In this document: in pieces, positions 56,434 through 64,000 of the stretch
How positions within the stretch are numbered: the stretch's first letter is position 1
How the letters are laid out: each line of letters opens with the position of its first letter
NCBI GenBank assembly: GCA_051530055.1
Contig: CM121343.1
Location: forward strand, 5,116,389-5,180,388
Length of the DNA stretch: 64,000 nt
Direction of reading: 5' to 3'
Source: Neoechinorhynchus agilis
Taxonomy: Eukaryota; Animalia; Acanthocephala
The notes under the pieces: model-generated
Seen by the model: only the letters and a program-made list of their open reading frames with translations
Told to the model about the DNA's origin: nothing
Databases searched by the model: none
Position numbers and translations under genes: made by a program

Positions 56434-58143
56434 ATGGATTCTAAGAATAGAATAATTCTGAATGTTGGAGGTACCAGATATGAGACTTATAGGCATACGC
56501 TTAAAAAGATACCTGCAACGAGGCTAAGCCGATTGACGGAGGCATTATCCAACTACGACCCAATACTGAATGAATACTTTTTTGACCGGCACCCGGGCGT
56601 GTTCCAGCAAATACTCAACTACTACAGAACCGGAAAATTGCACTATCCAACCAATGTGTGTGGACCTCTATTCGAAACGGAGCTCGAATTCTGGGGATTA
56701 GATTCTAATCAAGTCGAACCGTGTTGCTGGATGACATATACGAAGCATAGGGCTACTCAAGAAACACTTGCAACGCTTGACAAAATTGAACTGGACGAAA
56801 TAAGCACAATGGACGATATGCGACAGAAATTTGGTTGGGACGAATTCGAAACTTTTGCACGTTTACCATGGTATCAGCGATGTCGGCCGTTCATCTGGCA
56901 GTTATTTGACGAGCCTCACTCATCGGTTTATTCAAAGGTTTTAACTGCTATATCCTTATTTTTTGTATTGCTCTCAGTGTTCGTCTTCGTAGCCGAATCT
57001 GTACCTGAGCTACATGATCCCATGGGAACGACGAGTAAGAAGACTGATATCGAGGTATACGGACCAAAAAATTACATCCAAAATACAGGATGTACGGGGC
57101 TTCCATTCGAACGCAACCAACGAATATTAGAATCAGATCACTTACCGAGCATGAATCAATCTCTTGACCGAAGAAATTTAAGTTTAACTCCACCCACTGA
57201 TATCCGCTGTGATCAATTGATAGTTTATAACAGAACTAGCGTACAAAGGATTGAATGTGCCCATCGTTTGCGTACTTTCCTAAGAGCGCTGGACATTACA
57301 AGCAATATCTATTTACTTATTGAAGTAGTCTTGAAGATATTGGTTTGTCCAAGTGTTCATGTGTTTTTCAAATCGACTATAAATGCAATAGATTGCTTCG
57401 CAAGTTGCTGGTACTTTGGCAATCTTGCAGCGCGCACTTTATTGCCAACAATGTTCAATCAAAATTATGCCTTTAATCTACTATCCAACGTACGGATCCT
57501 GAGGATTTTTAAGATATGCCGACACCACACTGGTCTTAGGGTGATTGTTGCGAGCCTACGAAGCAGTGCTCAAGTACTGTGGCTTTTTATACTATTTATT
57601 ACCCTTGGAATGATGATATATGCGACGCTCATATACTACGCTGAGCGGGTAGCATACCGTTGGTGGCACGCAGCTGAATATGTAGATCCTTCGTTGAATG
57701 CCACAAGGGTGACCTCGACCTATAGTCCGGATACAAACGATTATAATACAGGCGAAGACGATAAGAGAAGCATTTTTGATTGGTGGTGGTTTTCTATTAT
57801 TACCGCGTCCACAGTTGGATACGGAGACGTATGCCCGAGAAGTCTCCTTGGAAAGCTTTTTGGGTTTTATTGCGCCGTTTCCGGTGTTATTGTGACGGAT
57901 TTGCCAATGGCAATCATTGTGCAGACGTTTACGGATTTTTATAAACATCAAAGTGCAAGGTCAAAGCTTCCTAGAAAAAGACGAAGAGTGCAAACTGGAG
58001 ACTCAACAGTTAACGCTACACCTGGAAGGTTGAAACAAACTAAAGATCCAAATGTTGTCATGTCACCTGAACATGGAAGGATTACAATATCCACTGCAGA
58101 AATGGGATCATCGGAGGAAAGTTCCATGACAGCCGAATGTTGA
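56434..58143 (+). CDS. Shaw: Shaw (Kv3) family voltage-gated potassium channel subunit, intronless
   Basis: T1 TLKKIPATRLSRLTEALSNYDPILNEYFFDRHPGVF...EPCCWMTY; S4 VRILRIFKICRH; selectivity filter TVGYGD at 57811-57828. Confidence 0.95.
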   Translation: MDSKNRIILNVGGTRYETYRHTLKKIPATRLSRLTEALSNYDPILNEYFFDRHPGVFQQILNYYRTGKLHYPTNVCGPLFETELEFWGLDSNQVEPCCWMTYTKHRATQETLATLDKIELDEISTMDDMRQKFGWDEFETFARLPWYQRCRPFIWQLFDEPHSSVYSKVLTAISLFFVLLSVFVFVAESVPELHDPMGTTSKKTDIEVYGPKNYIQNTGCTGLPFERNQRILESDHLPSMNQSLDRRNLSLTPPTDIRCDQLIVYNRTSVQRIECAHRLRTFLRALDITSNIYLLIEVVLKILVCPSVHVFFKSTINAIDCFASCWYFGNLAARTLLPTMFNQNYAFNLLSNVRILRIFKICRHHTGLRVIVASLRSSAQVLWLFILFITLGMMIYATLIYYAERVAYRWWHAAEYVDPSLNATRVTSTYSPDTNDYNTGEDDKRSIFDWWWFSIITASTVGYGDVCPRSLLGKLFGFYCAVSGVIVTDLPMAIIVQTFTDFYKHQSARSKLPRKRRRVQTGDSTVNATPGRLKQTKDPNVVMSPEHGRITISTAEMGSSEESSMTAEC

Positions 58144-59202
58144 ACAAGAAACGTAATTTTTTGCATAAATCATATTGTTTTCTTGGTCGCTATCGCTGCG
58201 CGGAGAAAATGCAATCGTCATGAACAAACGTTTAAAATTTTAAAGATATTATCCATGGGAATTAATAAACCAATCTCTATTTTTCTTACCACCAAAAAAT
58301 ACATATAAAAATGATTTAATTTGAATAACATTTCGTCCTCTACGTGGGACTACTTCAGAGCTGCTTGTAAGTTTTTTCAAGTACCGAAATATTAATCAAA
58401 TTAAATCATTTTTCTTTATTTCGCTTAATCAAAAACTTTTAGCGGAGCGCAGAACGACGAAGTGCACGACTCAATGACACTTCGAATCTTGGTGATCTTC
58501 ATTTCTGAATATCTCAAGATAAAATGGATTAAGATGGACTAAATTTTTGCTCGAATTGACGATGCACTCGTTGATAAGCGGCAGCTTAAGTGATGCTACT
58601 TGCTAAAATCTTAGCGTCCTCAAGTTCGGTTCTTAGGCGAAGAAATTTATAATTAATGTATGCAATGTGCTGTTAGATTGGTACCAACTTTTTACAATTA
58701 AAATGATGATCGAATGGTGAAAGTAAATTTTAAAGCAAAAGTATAGTCTCGATTCAACTTTATTTAGGTTAGAAGTAAAGAACCGAACAAAAACAATCAA
58801 GGGTGGATTAAGATGGATAGCTTTGGGAGTTGATTCCCGTGTTTTTTGCTTTGGCAGGTGGCACCATTATTCGATTATTAATTAAATGTTTCGTTGCCGG
58901 ATAAATGATTTAATTTATTAAGATTAAGTGTCTTCATCAGAAGAAGGAACTTGAACTAACCTTTTATCAGTGATTGGCGTTACAATCGGCTTTAAAGCCG
59001 AGTAAGGGATGTTTCAACACTTAATCAATACAAACGGCTAGCCAGGAGACAGGAGAATTAGATTATTGATTTTATCTCAATCAAGTTAAGTTGAATTCAT
59101 ACTTTTTGGTGTCGTTGACATTAAAAGCGAATTTAAAAATAGACGCACATTTTCAACTTTTTTTGAAGCAAATCTTTTAATTGTTTGAAAATTGAACTAC
59201 TC

Positions 59203-59370
59203 ATGTCGATATGTGAGGTACAGGGGAATGTGCCACGGCAAATGATTATTTCGATTAAAGGCGTTCTGCGAACCTCGTCTGGTTCATCATCAGTTCTAGG
59301 TTAACCACTTGTATTTTAGAACTGATGATGAACCCGACGAGGTTCGCAGAACGTCTTTAATCGAAATAAT
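59203..59370. mobile_element. Family A palindrome (54-bp arms 59245-59298 / 59317-59370) with left flank
   Basis: The arms match at 52/54 positions; plus strand 59322 reads CTGATGA T GAAC ccgacgag GTTC GCAGAA CGTC. Confidence 0.85.
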
Positions 59371-59371
59371 G

Positions 59372-59477
59372 AACTATTCATGCTTGTTTATAGCGTAAAA
59401 TTGAAGGAATTTATTAAATCTGATATTTCGGCACGGGTTTTTAAGTGCGTTTCCGCCGTAAACAAGCATGAATAGTT
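59372..59477. repeat. Small element with perfect 19-bp terminal inverted repeats
   Basis: aactattcatgcttgttta (59372-59390) and taaacaagcatgaatagtt (59459-59477). Confidence 0.6.
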
Positions 59478-60599
59478 AAATTTTTAAACCTTTTTAGAAT
59501 CAGCGGAACGTGAAGTACTTAATGGTTACACTTGCTTCAAATATTCTCAAAATAAACAAACGACCATTATTCTTATGGATTCGAGAGTTCATCAAACTCA
59601 AACGTCTTAATCAGAAATAGGAACTAGGACTAGCTTTTCATCAATATTTTGAATTACCATAAACCGACCAACCAAGAATACAATTAATCAACTACTTTTC
59701 GGTAGTGCATTAATCAAACCAACTAAGCATTGATTACATTTTAAGATGATGAATTAAAAACATATAAGAAATTACAGGATCTTTAGGCAAAGAAATGGGG
59801 AGCTTTTGACCCTTTTTAGGCCGTCTGAAAATAATTGCATAAGCGTTACGGAGTTCAGATAAACCGTTATTCTTTACGCGCATCGATCCAGATATACCTC
59901 CAACCCGTTAGTTTAATCTTCAGAAACGAAAATTGGCTACGCGATCATTGAAAGTGGCTGTTCTCAAAACTGGAAGGCTTCGAGTGTCCTGTCGATTGGC
60001 CAACGAACCCGTCAAACAACCACGATTTATCAAGATCTTTTTAATATTTCTAGTTTTTTATGGTTAGTCGGACGTACTTCGTTGCAATAGTTCATTTCCA
60101 CGTTAGAATCAAAAGTGGATCGCCACCATTCGCTAATTTGACCAAAAACAAATAAAACGTGTTATTATTTATCTTAAAAAGATTCCACGTTGTGCTACGA
60201 TTTCACTATCGAATATTGCAGTAGTGATTATTCGTTGGCAAGTATTAGCAAATGCGCTAATGAGGCGGCTAGCAAAACCACGATGCGTTTTTTCCGGTGG
60301 TACCCACTTGATCACTCCTTTATCGACGAAGCTCAATATAAAATTTTGTGTTAAAATTAAGAATACAATTTTAAGGCAATTTTAACTTTGAACACGTGTT
60401 TGCGATTCCTCTTGTCTGCTGCCAAGTGAGTTCGTCGGATAAAATTGCTATGTTTCGTATTGCGATGCGAGTGATTATGGATTCACTTTTCGTTGTCCGC
60501 GTGATATTTAGAACCTTCACTAAGTTAAAACACAAAGCTTATTAAAGGCCCATGCTTATCAAACAAGGAAAAAAAGATATCATGCAAATCGATCACCGG

Positions 60600-63073
60600 T
60601 CATTTGGGCGTTCGTTTTACCTTGTCGCTATCCCTTTTCTTTTGCTTGACTTGTTGTTTCTTCTTATCGCTTCGTGCCTTCTCGTTTAATTCTTTTCTCA
60701 TAACGGAAAGAGTACTCATCCTCGATTTTGAACGAATCACGTTAAGGTGTCCAGTTTGCAGCATACGCATTTCCCATGCTTCAATATCCTTAAAATATCT
60801 TTCATTATCCTTCAAAGCTAAATCCTCGAACGTCTAAATAATAAACTTGAATACGCGTATCTTTAAAATCATTGTACATTTCTAGCTGCTTTATCCATAG
60901 ACTGCCAACGCGCTCCACATTTTCTTGCAAAGGTCTAACCGCATAGAATCAACAAACGCATAAATGTATTTTTGTATACTTACAACTATATCCTCGTCCT
61001 TGTCTCTTTTAACTGATTGAACAAAGAACGAATATGCATTGCGTGGCTTTTGAGGCATTTTCAGAGATCGACGTTCCTATTTAGCCTTGTTGAAAAATAA
61101 AGCTGTCTAAACAACGGAAACTCACAGCCTTCAGTCTTCTTCGTTGTCGACATTCACGTTTCATTTTAAGCTGCTCTTCTAAACTCCCTTTCTCTTCGTC
61201 CGTCAATTTCAAATTAAATGCTTTTACAGCTTCAGTGTAAATCTTCTTGTTTTCATTTGCTCTGTCCAAATACTCTCTTTTCTCTTCAGGTTCCAAGGCT
61301 CGCCATGCAAGTGCGATTTCGCGTCCTATCTCATACACTGGCTTACCTGACATAAGCAGAATAAATCATTGAGTTTCTCAAAAATACTAAACCTAATTGA
61401 ATGAACACGAACAACCGTTGCACAACCTAACCATTAAGTTCTCGTATTTTGAATTGTGGTGATCATAACCACAGGATAAAAAATATTTTATTGAGGATAT
61501 TTCGAAAGAGGAAGCCTCGACTCATCAGTCATTGTAAACTAATCTAAATCTGACGAGATGAGGCTTTCTCTTTAGATATATCCTCAATAACAGACATTTT
61601 ATCCGGCGGGGAATATCATCGCCACAACTCCATGGACATTTCAAGGATTTAGAGCTCCACGTCCTTAACGAAAATGCCATCGCTTTTTTGTAACGAACTT
61701 CAGTCCCGCCTAGTAAACAAAACGTTTAACTCATTTAAGGTTAAATAACGACATAATTAGAAATCATAGATAGAAAATCCGTCGAAATGATGGAGTTGGA
61801 GGTGTGATGGTGGTGATAATCCTCCGGATAAAATGTATTTTATTTAGGATATTTCAAAAGAGAAAGCCTCGTCCCATCAGTCATTTTTCGGAGAAAAATA
61901 CAAGATTATCATAACAACAATTCAAACATTATCATACCGAAGGATTATTTCTCTAAGCTTTTATATTGGAACTTGTTCAAATAATTCGTTCGACGGTTGT
62001 ACCATGTAACAGTTTCATTTAATTCATATTCATTCAGCAAAACCTTTAGCGCTCAATCTGTCCGTTGAATTTCATCAAAAAAGTTTTCTCTGCTAATATC
62101 CTGGCATGTACATTTGAAACCTTACATTTTTGCTTCAAAATCAGTTAAATTCGAAGAAGACAACTTATTTAAAGATACATTTACTTTATACAGCAATTGA
62201 ACGATTTACATGTACAATTAACAATAATGAGCTGAGTAGAAAAGAGAGATTGTTGGAAACCACAGATGAATGTCACGCTCTGAGGGTTGAAATATGAAAA
62301 GACGTGAAATTGCACGAATTTTAAAGTTCGGGAGCTTCTTTACTAAGAATGATTTTCAATCAATAAACTAGGCGAATTCGACTGTGCAAAATTCGATCAT
62401 TGGTTGCATGGCCAGCAGATGACGTAGGATGTTAGCCTTCCGTGGAGCCGAACGTTCATCGTTGAACAAAACGAAAGACGCAATACAAATAAGTTTGTAG
62501 CGATGCTCTAACCTGGAAGTCGGGCTTGGTATCCGGGAAATACTGTTTGCATGAAGCATGCATACGCACCAGCAGGGCGCTTAGGTTGCCTCAAAAGTAA
62601 TTGATTTTTTAGTGATTTTGAAGAATCAGGTCTATTATTGGAAGAACCTCCTTTCCTGCCGTCTGTTTGAGATAAATCGATACAACCACCAAATCCTGCC
62701 TTAAGCATTTCTGAGCAATCTTTATTATGATCGATCATCAACCTGTACAAAAATTAAAGTCTTTAGTTATTGTCTTTGGACGAAAAGATTCTTTTGGTAG
62801 TTTTACCACTTCTCGGATTTTCTAAAAAAAATCAATATTTCCCCAACATTTCGTCGAATAATTCCGAGATTTCTCCTAGGTTTGTCATTGCTTCTTAATT
62901 TTTAAATATGTGAGCTCATGCTGGAAATAAATTAGTGAATTTAAATCCGGGGTGGCAAAACTACCAAAAGAAAGACAAAAATTAATACAGAAACAATCGA
63001 ACTGATTTTACCTCTCGGATAACTGTTTAAAGACCGACGAAACAGACTTCGACCTAATAAAAATCAGCACCAT
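60600..63073 (-). CDS. TFAM: Mitochondrial transcription factor A-like tandem HMG-box protein, multi-exon
   Basis: PKRPAGAYACF.., IALAWRALEPEEKREY, MPQKPRNAYSFFV, ERYFKDIEAWEMRMLQTG. The first exon (MVLIFIRSKSVSSVFKQLSER, presequence-like) joins in frame through the 62743-63011 intron; an alternative ATG lies at 63223. Confidence 0.8.
61454..61886. mobile_element. Family B fold-back repeat (61454-61627) plus a single arm (about 61820-61886) in the TFAM intron
   Basis: Arms 61488-61528 and 61550-61590 are about 83% reverse-complementary; the arm consensus is CTGATGA GAYGAG gcttt CTCTTTC GAAA TATC. Confidence 0.65.
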
Positions 63074-63414
63074 CGAATCTAAATGTGAAGTGGAAAGAGA
63101 ACACGCAACCGAGGAAATACCCAAACCACACAGGAGTTTGTCGGTAGTCGGAAATCGCCATAACTTCCATTCTTCCGTATTAGGAAATTGATTCTTTCTT
63201 TGTGCGTCATTCTGGGATTCCATTTTGCATTTGTGTTCAAAAAATGTACGATGGTACTTGGAGTCTATTTCTGGGATATGTTACAAGATTAACGCACTTA
63301 ACAAGGACTCTGAAATTCCATATTGAACGCTTTTTCTAAAAAATCAATCACCGAGAAGCCTTAATTTATGGTAAAATGTCGAAACCGAACGATCTAATGC
63401 CGTTTTTAGATAAG

Positions 63415-64000
63415 CTCTTGCTACAGACCGCTTCGTTTACAAGCTTCTGCGTAAACTCGACAATAATCAATCTCACGTCACCCGTCTCATTCAACTTGAT
63501 TTATCGAAAGCATTCGACTCCGTGGACCATTCACTACTCCTCCAGACCTGCTCCAATGTCGGTCTAAAAGGGTGGCAGATCCACTCGCTGGCCTCTTATC
63601 TCCACAATCGCCAATAATGCATTGACTACCGTTCTATCTCTTCTATCAGCCTATCCCTTTCCAAAGGCATGCATCAAGGTGCTGTATTGTCACCGCTTCT
63701 CTTTAATATTTTCCTAAATGAACCTCAAACCTCTCTCTAAACTTTTCTTATATGCAGACGATCTCGCCCTCATCACTCATTCACCACCCCATCTCTCCCT
63801 TTCTTTAACCTCTAAAGAAATCACACACATAAAAGATTTCTGCAACAATCACAAACTCTACCTGAACTTCTCTAAATACTTCGAAGTGGTCCCCACTCTC
63901 TCCCGCAACCCCACATTCTTCCCCGAGCTTCTAAATGACATCCTACAAGTAACCTCCCTAAGAATTATGGGTATCCAATTTCAATCGAATTTGAAATGGG
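63415..64000 (+). mobile_element. Degenerate non-LTR reverse transcriptase fragment running off the window end
   Basis: LDLSKAFDSVDH, GMHQGAVLSPLLFNIF, YADD, LRIMGIQFQSNLKW, with an in-frame stop and a frameshift. Confidence 0.88.

Overview
Eukaryotic (animal) genomic DNA with compact genes, mostly 45-62 bp GT-AG introns, and many repeats. The Shaw T1 domain is of the protostome type, so a derived protostome invertebrate is the best inference; I cannot name the species. Recognisable genes, left to right: OPA3 (+), GCK-III kinase STK24/25/26-like (+), beta-TrCP/Slimb (-), MCM3 (-), p120/delta-catenin (+), srGAP (+), an orphan 4-TM protein (-), a proline-rich protein (+), AMPK gamma (+), BRSK/SAD-1 (-), DGK zeta/iota-like (-), Shaw/Kv3 (+) and TFAM (-). 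Between them are decayed non-LTR retrotransposons (several CRE-type RLE 3' fragments, one internally deleted APE-RT LINE, one RT fragment at the window end), a tRNA-like SINE head and two tandem arrays (about 175 bp and 165 bp units). The main unexplained signal is a set of hammerhead-ribozyme-like cores (CUGAnGA / stem II / GAAA / palindromic helix III) in at least three repeat families. They are nearly always arranged as divergent head-to-head inverted pairs, and one family forms a 10-monomer tandem array, which resembles Penelope pLTR/retrozyme biology. Other leads are a 188-bp insert with no canonical GT-AG solution inside the MCM3 AIHEV/MEQ motif, a Shaw subunit with a degenerate S6 gate (PVP to PMA), a DGK with no visible C1 or ankyrin domains, an srGAP with no visible SH3, and a mosaic CRE + AMPK-gamma duplication. 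All identifications come from reading the sequence and recalled family motifs; no searches were run.
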